Origin: Gammaproteobacteria bacterium
GTDB taxonomy: Bacteria > Pseudomonadota > Gammaproteobacteria > Pseudomonadales > JAUIET01
Reading direction: 5' to 3'
Assembly (NCBI GenBank): GCA_030429735.1
Contig: JAUIET010000008.1
Location: forward strand, 74,726-138,725
DNA: 64,000 nucleotides
Shown: in pieces, positions 38,271 to 47,670 of the stretch
How positions within the stretch are numbered: position 1 is the first letter of the stretch
How the letters are laid out: every line of letters starts with the position of its first letter
Notes under the pieces: generated by a model
What the model saw: the letters and a program-made list of their open reading frames with translations, nothing else
Databases searched by the model: none
Told to the model about the DNA's origin: nothing
Translations under genes and position numbers: made by a program

Positions 38271-39023
38271 CTACATGCCGACCGTATAGCCGCCGTCTAC
38301 AGGCAAGGTTTGACCGGTAATCCAACTGGCGCCCGGAGAGGTGAGAAACAATACGGCTGCTGCAACATCCGCCGGGTAACCTTCGCGTTTAATGCTCTGG
38401 CGTTTTAGCGTATCGGCGACCATATCAGGCATGTGCTCGAAGCTCAGCGAGGTCAAATTGCTGCGCACCAAACCGGCAGCCACGGCATTGGCGCGTATGC
38501 CCAGCTCTCCCCATCCTACGGAAAAGGTTTTCATTAACTGCACAATTCCGGCTTTCGCCGGCCCGTAAGCGGGCGTGAACACATTACCAAAATAAGACGT
38601 CATCGACGCAATGCCTATGATGCTTGCACCACCGTCAAAATCACTGGCGGCCAGCAAATCCTTACACGCTGAGCTCAGGTGAAACACGCTGTTCAAGTGA
38701 ATATCTATGGACTGATCGAAGCCATCGGTTTCCCATTCATTCATCAATGTTCCGCCGGCGTTGGCAACCAGTATATCCAGACTGTCTAAGCTGGCTGAGA
38801 GTGCACTGATAGCGTCTCGGTCGCTAACGTCAAGCATACTGTAGCGACAGCCAGCCAATGCCTCTGCACTCTCGTAATCATCCAGTGAGGGTTTTCGGCC
38901 AGTCACATGCACGGTGGCTCCTGCTTCAAGGTAAGCCTGCGCACAGGCCTGCCCAATACCGCTGGTAGCGCCGGTGATAAGCACGGAACAACCTGAATAA
39001 TCGAACGTAACTCTTTGAAACAT
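38271..39023 (-). CDS. SDR family oxidoreductase
   Basis: VLITGATSGIGQA, NAGG, YGPAKAG. Confidence 0.85.
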   Translation of the reverse strand: MFQRVTFDYSGCSVLITGATSGIGQACAQAYLEAGATVHVTGRKPSLDDYESAEALAGCRYSMLDVSDRDAISALSASLDSLDILVANAGGTLMNEWETDGFDQSIDIHLNSVFHLSSACKDLLAASDFDGGASIIGIASMTSYFGNVFTPAYGPAKAGIVQLMKTFSVGWGELGIRANAVAAGLVRSNLTSLSFEHMPDMVADTLKRQSIKREGYPADVAAAVLFLTSPGASWITGQTLPVDGGYTVGM

Positions 39024-39193
39024 AATGCTAATCCATTTTTAGCGGTACCTTGCTGCCAGGAGGGATTTTACCCTCAACAGGCGTGCGCCTTAATCAGCGT
39101 TTTTGATTCGCCGGCGCTTAATCCGCTGCCTATAATCAGAGCCACTGTGCCATAGCGTCGTGGGACGTTTTCTGGCAAGGTAGCGGCGGTGTC

Positions 39194-40102
39194 ATGGTTT
39201 ATTCCGGCAGAGTAACATCGCCTCTTGGAGCTCGCATTAACAAAGTAGTAATCAGCAGGCCGCCCGTGAACACATGGTTTTGTCGCGTATTCATCGTTTT
39301 ACCAGCCGTGCTCGCATCTGTTATCGCGAGTGCCGAGGAGAAGTTACCCCTGTGGGAACTCGGTGTGGGAGTGGCCGCACTGTCGCAGCCTCATTATTTT
39401 GCGGCCGCCGACAGTAGGGCTTACGTGCTCCCCATACCGTACTTCAAATATCGTGGTGACGTCTTTCGGGCTGACCGCGGTGGTATTAGAGCGCGCCTTT
39501 TTAAATCTGAACGAGTGACTCTGGGAATCAGCGGCGGAGGGTCGTTCCCGGTTGATTCCGAGGATGATGATGCGCGGCGGGGAATGCCCGATCTGGACGT
39601 GCTGGCCGAAATTGGTCCTAATCTCCGCGTCGACCTGGTGGACAGCGACGCGCTGCAATTGCAATTTCAGTTACCGGTCAGGGCTACTTTTTCCTTCGGT
39701 GACGATGCGGGCGACTACCAGGGATGGACCAGTAACCCAAGATTAGTTGCGAAAATGAGTTCAGGCGAGTGGGATTTGTTCAGCAGCTTCGGCCCGGTAC
39801 TATCAGATCAAAAGTACCACGCCTATATCTACGATGTGGCGCCGGAATTCGTCACGCCCGAACGCAGCGCCTACACGGCGTCTTCGGGCTATACGGCACT
39901 GCGTTTCGGTTTGAACATTAATCGCTATTACCGAAATATGTTCATCAATGGCTTCGTCCGATACTTCAATATGCAGGGCGCTGAAAACGACGACAGCCCG
40001 CTGTTTCGCCGTGAGCACAACTTTTCAGCGGGTATTACAGTCTCATGGGTACTGAAACAGTCCAAACGCACCGTCAGGGCAAGTGACGAAGACCTGGACT
40101 GA
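39194..40102 (+). CDS. MipA/OmpV family outer-membrane protein
   Basis: Signal-like FIVLPAVLASVIASA, then LWELGVGVAALSQPHYFAAADSRAYVLPIPYFKYRGDVFRADRGGIRARLF. An alternative GTG start at 39266 is possible. Confidence 0.75.
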   Translation: MVYSGRVTSPLGARINKVVISRPPVNTWFCRVFIVLPAVLASVIASAEEKLPLWELGVGVAALSQPHYFAAADSRAYVLPIPYFKYRGDVFRADRGGIRARLFKSERVTLGISGGGSFPVDSEDDDARRGMPDLDVLAEIGPNLRVDLVDSDALQLQFQLPVRATFSFGDDAGDYQGWTSNPRLVAKMSSGEWDLFSSFGPVLSDQKYHAYIYDVAPEFVTPERSAYTASSGYTALRFGLNINRYYRNMFINGFVRYFNMQGAENDDSPLFRREHNFSAGITVSWVLKQSKRTVRASDEDLD

Positions 40103-40195
40103 GCTTGCAGCGTGTTTGATGACGTGATCGTTAAGTTCACCGCGGCCGAGCGCGAAATACGGATAATAGCGCATCCCCAATTACCGGATTGACTC

Positions 40196-41314
40196 ATGCC
40201 CCTTAGCCCCCTGGACGATTTGCTTGCTCATCAAACCCCCGACACGTTTGATCATGTGTATACAGGTGATCGGAATTTCTATGACCGTTACTACTTTAAT
40301 GTGCACGGCTGCAGCGACGAACTGTTTATGGTCACAGGCATGGGCCAATACCCGAATCTTGGCGTTATCGATGCGTTCGCGTGCATATCCTTCGGTGATA
40401 CACATTACTCGGTGCGAGCATCCCGCGAGCTTGGCAATAACCGGCTCGACACCAGCGTTGGTCCATTTACGGTAGAGGTGCTGGAAGGCTTGCAGAAACT
40501 TCGCCTGAGTTGTGGCCCAAATGAGCACGGTATAGAGTTTGACCTTGTGTTCGATGGCTTTGTGCCGGCACTTGAAGAACCTGTTACCTATCGCAGAACA
40601 GGCAACAGGCTAACAGAGCATACTCAGCGTTTTGCACAGGTGGGTAATTACACGGGCTTTATCAGTATTGACGGTGAGCGTATTGAAGTTACCCCTGACC
40701 GCTGGATGGGCGCGCGCGACCATTCCTGGGGTATTCGACCCAATGTGGGCGAGATGGAGCCGGAAGGTATTAAGTCAAAGTATCGGAACCTGGAGACTTT
40801 TGGTCATTTTCATAACTGGATTCCAGCGCAGTTTCCTGACTATATGATCAAGATCTATTTTGATGAAGACGGTCAGGGCAATCGCATGCAGGAAGAGGCG
40901 GTTAAAGTACCCCGAATTGGAATTGATGAACCGGTTATTCATCTTGGCAGCCCGATTCCGGAATTCACGTACAAATCCGGCACCCGAGAAATAGCGAAAA
41001 CGGTGATTCGTTTCGCGCATTCTGATCTGGTGTTAACCGGTACACCGCTGCGTACCAATTACCTGCTGGGTGGATCCGGCTACAACCCGGGTCAGCCATA
41101 CTCTCTTGGCGTGTATCAGGGGCCGCTGACGGTTGATGGCCAGCGCTGGGATATGACGGATCCCGCCCAATTTGCCGAGATACAAGGCTTAAACGAAATG
41201 CTTTGCCGTTGGGAGTTGTCTAACGGAGATATTGGGTATGGCATGCACGAAAACTGCGTGTTCGGTATATACACACCATTCGGGTTTGACAGCTGGGAAG
41301 CCGTTGCGCCGTGA
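40196..41314 (+). CDS. Conserved-looking hypothetical protein, function unknown
   Basis: 372-aa ORF with ATG and coding-like composition. No catalytic motif recognised. Embedded among SDR genes. Confidence 0.55.
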   Translation: MPLSPLDDLLAHQTPDTFDHVYTGDRNFYDRYYFNVHGCSDELFMVTGMGQYPNLGVIDAFACISFGDTHYSVRASRELGNNRLDTSVGPFTVEVLEGLQKLRLSCGPNEHGIEFDLVFDGFVPALEEPVTYRRTGNRLTEHTQRFAQVGNYTGFISIDGERIEVTPDRWMGARDHSWGIRPNVGEMEPEGIKSKYRNLETFGHFHNWIPAQFPDYMIKIYFDEDGQGNRMQEEAVKVPRIGIDEPVIHLGSPIPEFTYKSGTREIAKTVIRFAHSDLVLTGTPLRTNYLLGGSGYNPGQPYSLGVYQGPLTVDGQRWDMTDPAQFAEIQGLNEMLCRWELSNGDIGYGMHENCVFGIYTPFGFDSWEAVAP

Positions 41315-41353
41315 TACGCCGACGTCTCAAAAAATCGGCCGGAGGAAAGTTGC

Positions 41354-42232
41354 GTGGGTCTTAAGAACGACAGAGTGGTTGTGGTTACCGGTGCCAGCCG
41401 TGGCGTAGGTAAGGGGGTTGCGCTGGCTTTGGGTCAGCCAGGTACAACAGTTTATATCAGTGGCAGATCGCGCACTGAGGGCCAAACATCTGCCTTGCCC
41501 GGTACCATCGATGCGACAGCGGATGAAATTCGAGCACGTGGTGGTGAGGCCAAAGTGGTTGTCTGCGACCACAGTGATGATGCGCAAATTGAAGCCTTGT
41601 TTGCGCGTGTCAACGCGGAGCAGGGCAGGCTGGATATACTGGTGAATAATGTGTTCCAAGTTCCGGACGATCTGCAGGAGTGGCGGCCGTTCTGGCAGCG
41701 TCCTGTTAATGATCACTGGCAAAAAATGATTGATCTGGGTTTGCGTGCGCACTACGTGGCCAGCGTTTTTGCCGCACCGAAGATGGTGGAGCAGGGCGCG
41801 GGTTTAATTGTTAACATCTCTTCGCCGGGCGCGATCGCGTATTTGCATTCTGTGATTTACGGAATTGGCAAGGCCGGTACCGACAAGATGATGCATGACA
41901 TGGCCAAAGAGTTACGTGAGCACAATGTGGCGGCATTGGCTTTGTGGCCGGGTGTGGTGAAGACAGAGCGAATCGCTCCGGCACTGGAAGCCAATGCCTT
42001 GCCAGACGATTACCAGCCGTTGATTCCGGGTATGGAGTCAGCGGAATTCCCTGGACTGATCATTGATGCGATTGCTGCGCACGACGACTACATGCGCTTC
42101 AGTGGCCGTTCGTGGTGGAATTCAGAGCTGGCGTTGGAGTTAGGCATAAAAGACATCGATGGCGCGCAGCCAGAATCTTACGCGCCATTTATGGGCTCGC
42201 CCTGGATTCCATCAGAGGCGATGATTAAGTAG
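41354..42232 (+). CDS. SDR family oxidoreductase
   Basis: GTG start 7 nt after GGAGGA. VVVVTGASRGVGKG, NNV, YGIGKAG. Confidence 0.85.
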   Translation: MGLKNDRVVVVTGASRGVGKGVALALGQPGTTVYISGRSRTEGQTSALPGTIDATADEIRARGGEAKVVVCDHSDDAQIEALFARVNAEQGRLDILVNNVFQVPDDLQEWRPFWQRPVNDHWQKMIDLGLRAHYVASVFAAPKMVEQGAGLIVNISSPGAIAYLHSVIYGIGKAGTDKMMHDMAKELREHNVAALALWPGVVKTERIAPALEANALPDDYQPLIPGMESAEFPGLIIDAIAAHDDYMRFSGRSWWNSELALELGIKDIDGAQPESYAPFMGSPWIPSEAMIK

Positions 42233-42263
42233 TTCGTTTCCATTACTTGAACCAGGGAATGCG

Positions 42264-43028
42264 ATGATGAATATCGATTTGTCAGGAAAAGTAGCACTTG
42301 TAACCGGTGGGAGTCGAGGCTTGGGTAAGGCCATATCGCTGGGCTTAGCTGATGCCGGAGCTGACATTATTATTGCCAGTCGCAAGATTGAGAATTGTCA
42401 GAAAGTGGCGGCTGAGGTTGAGGCCAAAGGGCGTCAGGCACTGCCAGTTGCGGCACACACAGCCGATATGAACAGTCTGGATGCGTTGATTGAGGCGTCC
42501 TATCAGCGCTTCGGCAAGATCGATTTGCTGATTAACAATGCGGGCACTAATCCGGCGATGGGCACTCTGAGCGACTTGAGCCCGGAGTTGTTCGACAAAA
42601 TGATGGGTATCAATGTTAAAGGCCCCTGGTATTTGGCGTCACGCATTGCGCCGAAGATGGGCGCGGCGGGTGGCGGTTCCATCATCAATATGATTTCAGT
42701 GTCAGGCATACGGCCCGCTGCGTATCAGGGGTTTTATTCATGCAACAAAGCGGCGCTGGACGCGCTGACGAAAGTGATGGCCGCTGAATGGGCGGACATG
42801 AACATACGTGTTAATGCGATCGCACCCGGTAGTTATCATTCCGATTTGTTTGACGTCAGCGCGGCGGCCATGCCGGGTTTTGAAGAAGGTGCCAAGCAGG
42901 CGAGCATGATGAAACGGATTGCTGCGACTGAAGAAATTTTGGGGCCGGTGCTTTATCTGGCCAGTGATTTGGGAAGTTATACGACTGGGTCAACAGTCGT
43001 CGCCGATGGCGGTTATCTAGCGAAGTAA
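42264..43028 (+). CDS. SDR family oxidoreductase
   Basis: ALVTGGSRGLGKA, NNAG, YSCNKAA. Confidence 0.85.
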   Translation: MMNIDLSGKVALVTGGSRGLGKAISLGLADAGADIIIASRKIENCQKVAAEVEAKGRQALPVAAHTADMNSLDALIEASYQRFGKIDLLINNAGTNPAMGTLSDLSPELFDKMMGINVKGPWYLASRIAPKMGAAGGGSIINMISVSGIRPAAYQGFYSCNKAALDALTKVMAAEWADMNIRVNAIAPGSYHSDLFDVSAAAMPGFEEGAKQASMMKRIAATEEILGPVLYLASDLGSYTTGSTVVADGGYLAK

Positions 43029-43048
43029 TTCATCACTTAACGATATAC

Positions 43049-43072
43049 ACCGCTTTTCAATTAGAAAGCGGT
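43049..43072. terminator. Hairpin between convergent genes (candidate bidirectional terminator)
   Basis: accgcttt-tcaattag-aaagcggt, between the SDR stop (43028) and the rlmI-like stop (43139). Confidence 0.4.
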
Positions 43073-43138
43073 ATTACAACGGACCTTGTTGATCCATTAC
43101 CCAACTGCCTGGGTTTGGCCGAGGTACGATCTGTTCAG

Positions 43139-44338
43139 TTAGTCCTTGTAGACTCGCGCAAACAGGGCCTTAAGGTAATCCGTTTCCGGAATCGCTGGAT
43201 GCACCGGGTGATCAGGCCCCTGGCTACCACGATAAATAAGTTGCACCTGCCGGTCGATTTTCCGCCCGGCACCGCGCACCTGATCCAGCAGTCGTTCTTG
43301 GCTCAGATGCATAGAGCAGGAACCCGACACCAGCAATCCATCACGCGCCAACAAGCGCATGCCCAACTCGTTAATGTGATAGTAAGCTGCCTCGCCTGAT
43401 TTCTGATCTTTACGACGTTTAATAAACGCAGGCGGATCAAGTACAACAATGTCAAAGCGCGTTTTTTCGGCTTGCAGCGTTTTCATCACGTCTATCGCTT
43501 TGCCCTTTAATGTTGTTACGCGCTCACTTACACCATTCAATGCTGCATTTTCTGTCGCCCATTCCAGCGCTTGCGCTGAGGCGTCAACACACACTACTTG
43601 CGCTGCGCCGGCTACGGCAGCCTGCACGCCCCAGCCGCCTGAGTAACTGAATACATCCAGTACTCGCTTGTCTTTGCACAAAGTCTGCAGCATGGCGCGG
43701 TTTAATCGATGGTCGTAGAACCAGCCGGTTTTTTGCCCCGTTTTGAGCGGCGCCATAAAACGTGTCTCGTTTTCAATAAGCTCTGCACATTCTGGAACCG
43801 GGCCGTAATCGGTTTGATACAGCGGCAGGCCTTCCAATTCTCTGGCGGAGTGATCATTTCGAAAAAGAATACTTGCGGGGTGCAGGCACTGGTCCAGTGC
43901 ATCGAGAATGTCCTGGCTGACGCTTTCCATGCCCGCCGTTGAGATTTGCACAACCAAATGATCACCAAAACGATCGACCACCAGACCAGGCAATAAGTCA
44001 GAGTCACCATAAACAAGTCGGTAGTAGGGCTGGCTGAAAAAGCGTTCTCGTAACGACAATGCCTGATTGAGCCTATGGACCAATAGTGATTTATCCAGTC
44101 CTTGCTTGTAGTCCCGGCTCACTATTCGGGCACAGATCAAACCGTTGGGATTGACCGTAGCCACTCCAAGGCTTTTTTGCTTGTCACCAAGCAATCGCAC
44201 CTGTTGGCCGGCGTGAAGCGCCTTAAGAGGTGTTGCCTTAATGTCTATTTCGTTCGAAAAGACCCACAAGTGACCCTTGCGCAGGCGCTTGTCAGCTCCG
44301 CGGTTAAGTTGCAACGGTGCTAGTTCAGAAGTGTCCAA
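43139..44338 (-). CDS. rlmI: Class I SAM-dependent 23S rRNA (m5C) methyltransferase, RlmI-like (PUA + MTase)
   Basis: GADKRLRKGHLWVFSNEI (PUA N-terminus), LDVFSYSGGWG and VVLDPPAF. The likely TTG start at 44338 gives ~400 aa. The track's His-rich extension to 44476 is unlikely to be real. Confidence 0.75.
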   Translation of the reverse strand: MDTSELAPLQLNRGADKRLRKGHLWVFSNEIDIKATPLKALHAGQQVRLLGDKQKSLGVATVNPNGLICARIVSRDYKQGLDKSLLVHRLNQALSLRERFFSQPYYRLVYGDSDLLPGLVVDRFGDHLVVQISTAGMESVSQDILDALDQCLHPASILFRNDHSARELEGLPLYQTDYGPVPECAELIENETRFMAPLKTGQKTGWFYDHRLNRAMLQTLCKDKRVLDVFSYSGGWGVQAAVAGAAQVVCVDASAQALEWATENAALNGVSERVTTLKGKAIDVMKTLQAEKTRFDIVVLDPPAFIKRRKDQKSGEAAYYHINELGMRLLARDGLLVSGSCSMHLSQERLLDQVRGAGRKIDRQVQLIYRGSQGPDHPVHPAIPETDYLKALFARVYKD

Positions 44339-44519
44339 TAATTTTATCCGGCGCTTAGGGCGTAATAGTGTGTGATGGTGATGATTTGCGTGCGTATTTT
44401 TGCAGCGCGGTGTTCGTACGTTAATCGGGTTAACACAATGGGAGGCGATTCTACCTTCTGGAGTGATGAGAACCAATCACTATCGTTGTTCGCAACAACG
44501 TGTTGACACGCCTGGCCTT

Positions 44520-44735
44520 TCACGCAATGGGCAAGCAGGTATCAAATTTCAACTCACGCAGTGCTATATGGGATTTGACCTGTGCAATCTGTGGGATCGC
44601 AAACATGAAATCCTCCAGAAAGCGGTCAAAACTTTCGATGCTCTCAGTGACCACGCGAAGAATAAAGTCGGCGTCACCGGTGGTGGCAAAACACTCGAGA
44701 AATTCCGGGCGCTCGGCAACCGAGCGTTCGAATTC
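44520..44735 (-). pseudogene. Displaced 3' fragment of an Lrp/AsnC-family gene (ligand-binding domain only); left direct repeat of the insertion
   Basis: The minus-strand reading gives ...TEFERSVAERPEFLECFATTGDADFILRVVTESIESFDRFLEDFMFAIPQIAQVKSHIALRELKFDTCLPIA*. There is no start codon and no HTH. It includes a 130-nt block (44572-44701) identical to 47930-48059. Confidence 0.85.
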
Positions 44736-45108
44736 GGTACTCGTTGCTCGGATTGGTTGCGTACTATTTGATCAGATATCAGCCGATCCGCGATCGGTGT
44801 GTCTTATATGCTGGCCTGATCGGACATATCAAAAAAGTGTGCGATCTTCTAACTTCGGCGGAGGTGGTTTAGACGAGCAAACTCCAAAAGCGCATACACC
44901 TAATTCAGCGAATGGTTACAGTTTAATCGTTGACGCTGGCTCGGTCGCGCTTTTCTCAAACCTGCCGATCATGCCAGACGCTGGCAAATGGAGGCGTTCC
45001 TATCATCTTTTTTCCTTTCTCGAGCATTCTTGCAAATATAAAAGTTGCATTTCGAATTTATAAAGACTAAATTCGTTTTAACGAGCGGGTTAATTCGAAA
45101 AACGCAAG

Positions 45109-46350
45109 ATGATTGAGCGAAAACTGGCAACAAGCATACTGGATGCGCTACAAGCATTTCCGGTTGTATACGTAAATGGGCCCCGCCAAGCTGGTAAAAG
45201 TACGCTGGTACAGAGCTTGGCACAAAATGATTGGCCCGCCGAATACGTGACATTCGACGAAGCGACTATGATGGGTGCAGCAGAGGCTAATCCAGAGAGC
45301 TTTCTACGCGCCTATCAAGATCGCCTCATTCTTGATGAGGTGCAGATGGCGCCTGCTCTCTTCCGTGCATTGAAGCTTCTTGCCGATGAAGCAAGACGTG
45401 CAGATAAAGCCAGGGCAAATGGACGCTACCTTTTAACCGGGTCGGCCAATATCATGGCTCTGCCCAAGCTCTCGGATGCGCTGGTCGGCAGAATGAGTGT
45501 TCTTACGCTCCTGCCGCTATCGGCTCTGGAAATAGCAAAGGGCGCAGGCGGCTTTCTTCCAAGCCTGATGAGTAACAGTTTTAAACCCGCCACGGTGCGT
45601 AGGAAGCACGCTTTGGTTGACGTCATCAGGCGAGCAACTTTTCCTGAAATAACAAATGATGACGACGATCGCGGTCGATGGTTTGAAAGTTATATCACCA
45701 CGATCTTACAGAGAGACGTCAGGCAGATTGCGGATATTGCTAAATTGGGAGTTCTGCCGAACCTGCTTAAAGTGCTGGCTGGCAGGGCGGGAGGACTTAT
45801 TAATGACGCCGATATTTCCCGCGCCATCGGACAAAATTCCGTGACAGCTAAAAACTATCGTATCTTGCTGCAAATGATGTTTCTGACATTTGACGTTAAA
45901 CCGTGGTATCGAAGTACGGGCAAGCGACTGGTGAAATCTCCGAAAGGATATCTCATGGACACCGCTCTTCTTTGCCATTTAGAGCAAATTGATTTGGCAA
46001 AGTCGGAACGTCAAGATCCTCACATTTTTGGGCATGTCTTTGAAAATTTTGTTGCCACTGAACTATTGAAACAACTCACTTCAAGCGAAGAAAAAGCAGA
46101 ACTCTATCATTTCAGAACCAGCGATGGGAAAGAAGTAGACTTTGTTCTGGAGCGCCGCGATGGGCGGCTTGCAGCGATTGAGGTAAAAGGACGTGACGCT
46201 GTGAGTGTTGCAGATTTCAAAGGATTGAAAGAGTTGTCCAGTTTGATAGGAGACGACTTCATTTGCGGTATCGTTCTATACCGTGGGAATAAAATCGTAC
46301 CTTTTGAGGAGAATATGTGGGCGGTGCCCGTCGACGCAATGTGGTCTTAG
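45109..46350 (+). CDS. AAA-type ATPase with DUF4143-like C-terminal domain (COG1373-type)
   Basis: 413 aa. Walker A VNGPRQAGKSTL and Walker B LILDEVQ. The C-terminal region with HVFENFVATEL...EVDFVLE is typical of this family. Confidence 0.8.
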   Translation: MIERKLATSILDALQAFPVVYVNGPRQAGKSTLVQSLAQNDWPAEYVTFDEATMMGAAEANPESFLRAYQDRLILDEVQMAPALFRALKLLADEARRADKARANGRYLLTGSANIMALPKLSDALVGRMSVLTLLPLSALEIAKGAGGFLPSLMSNSFKPATVRRKHALVDVIRRATFPEITNDDDDRGRWFESYITTILQRDVRQIADIAKLGVLPNLLKVLAGRAGGLINDADISRAIGQNSVTAKNYRILLQMMFLTFDVKPWYRSTGKRLVKSPKGYLMDTALLCHLEQIDLAKSERQDPHIFGHVFENFVATELLKQLTSSEEKAELYHFRTSDGKEVDFVLERRDGRLAAIEVKGRDAVSVADFKGLKELSSLIGDDFICGIVLYRGNKIVPFEENMWAVPVDAMWS

Positions 46351-46678
46351 TTTAAGCAGTCCCTATCAGTGTCGAAGCTGAAGTGCCAGGCGGATGAGTT
46401 TCGCATTGTAACTATCCAGTTCATAAGAGGCACTGGTAAGTGGAAACCGTCAGTAGATATTGAACCATCCTGTGAGTCGGCGCCATGTGTGTCCTATCAG
46501 CTGGCCAAATAGGGCATATCAAGGTCAGCAACCAGAGTTATCGTGTTATTTCCGTTTGCGCCTATCAGGCCAACAACATTGTCGAATACAAGTATCCTGC
46601 GCGTAAAACGCTCAGTACCCTTTGTGATCGTCGAACTGTGTATTTGTGAAATTTTTCTTTCTGGTCTAATGGTCCAAA

Positions 46679-46707
46679 TTGACGTTTATACATATTATAT
46701 GTATAAT
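46679..46707 (+). promoter_or_regulatory. Near-consensus sigma-70 promoter with overlapping palindromic operator upstream of vapB
   Basis: TTGACG (46679-46684), 17-nt spacer, TATAAT (46702-46707). The perfect palindrome tacatat-t-atatgta (46689-46703) overlaps the spacer and the -10 box. Confidence 0.6.
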
Positions 46708-46773
46708 GTGTAATGTATGCTATCCTGCCGCAAAGCTAGAGCGGTGTTGGGCTAATTGAATGAGGTGAGAACG

Positions 46774-47055
46774 ATGAGTGTTGATTTGCATGAGACTGTC
46801 TCGGCAACAGAATTAGTCCGCAACCTGTCAGTATTGATTGATAAAGTGCGAATATCCAATCGGAGCCTGTATATCACGAAGGGTAGCCAGACGGTGGCAG
46901 AATTGAGTCCGCCACCGAAGTCTGGTCTGCCAATAAGCGAATTGGGACGACTATTGGAATCTCTACCCAGACTGGACGACGATGCTGAAGCACTGTTAAC
47001 AGACATGGATGCCATTAGAACCCAAGGCGAATTGCCGGAGAACCCATGGGATTAG
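46774..47055 (+). CDS. vapB: Type II antitoxin (Phd/YefM-like fold), partner of the PIN toxin
   Basis: ATG at 46774 follows AGGTGAG. MSVDLHETVSATELVRNLSVLIDKVR...YITKGSQTVAELSP. Overlaps the toxin start by 10 nt. Confidence 0.75.
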   Translation: MSVDLHETVSATELVRNLSVLIDKVRISNRSLYITKGSQTVAELSPPPKSGLPISELGRLLESLPRLDDDAEALLTDMDAIRTQGELPENPWD

Positions 47056-47453
47056 TGATTGACACTAACGTATTCATCAATGCCGAAAATGGGCGCATTG
47101 AATTGAAGAATTTGGTGCGGTATGCCAATTATGGCGACGCTTTTATTGCGGCAGTAACGGTCTCCGAACTGCTGACGGGTGTACACATGGCCAAAACAAC
47201 CGCGATCCGTGTGCGACGCTCCGCATTTGTGGAGGGGGTACTGAGCGGTGTGCCGACTTTGGATTTCACAGAGGAGGTCGCCCGAACTTATGCGGAACTG
47301 TATGCGCATTTTTTAAGAAAACGAACAAAGCCCAGTAGCACTGTGCATGATCTTCAAATAGCGGCGACGGCCATTACGTATGGCTATGCGGTGCTGACCA
47401 GTAATATCGATGACTTTAAGAAAATACCTGGCTTGACAGTCGAATGCCTGTAA
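47046..47453 (+). CDS. vapC: PIN-domain ribonuclease toxin
   Basis: MGLVIDTNVFI (first acidic residue), TVSELL, and DLQIAATAITYGYAVLTSNIDDF. Confidence 0.8.
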   Translation: MGLVIDTNVFINAENGRIELKNLVRYANYGDAFIAAVTVSELLTGVHMAKTTAIRVRRSAFVEGVLSGVPTLDFTEEVARTYAELYAHFLRKRTKPSSTVHDLQIAATAITYGYAVLTSNIDDFKKIPGLTVECL

Positions 47454-47510
47454 TAGGTCCTGCCCCAACGAAGCGGTTCTATCGTGCGTGGCAGTAGCCC
47501 CCGATCTTGG

Positions 47511-47600
47511 CCGAGGCTTCAATACCCGAATATCCCGATACCCATCGACCTCCAACAAATGCTTGTCACCAGACACAATAAATTCAGTTTGGCTAGCCAC
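47511..47600 (-). pseudogene. C-terminal remnant of a second PIN-family toxin gene
   Basis: The minus-strand reading ASQTEFIVSGDKHLLEVDGYRDIRVLKPR matches the ...ADYLVTGDKDLL...I.I..P... C-terminus of stand-alone PIN toxins. No N-terminal part is present. Confidence 0.5.
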
Positions 47601-47609
47601 TGCAATCGA

Positions 47610-47666
47610 ATATGCTTCAAGTGGACGGAACGTGGTCCCGACGAAGTTGAAGTCACTGATTACTAG
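47610..47666 (+). pseudogene. higB: C-terminal remnant of a higB-type (RelE/ParE superfamily) toxin gene
   Basis: ...NRICFKWTERGPDEVEVTDY* matches the characteristic HigB tail (WRICFRW...V.IVDYH). Everything upstream is missing. Confidence 0.55.
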
Positions 47667-47670
47667 AGAA

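Noticed and set aside
44339-44476. His-rich N-terminal extension (…HANHHHH…) of the rlmI-like ORF from a TTG start at 44476.
   Set aside because: The conserved PUA N-terminus begins near 44338. The extension has no homology-like features and would leave little room for a promoter before the lrp fragment.
46351-46678. Possible gene remnant between the ATPase and vapB. The minus-strand translation includes FDNVVGLIGANGNNTITLVADLDMPYLAS, interrupted by stops.
   Set aside because: It has no recognisable family and multiple in-frame stops, and is too short to assign.
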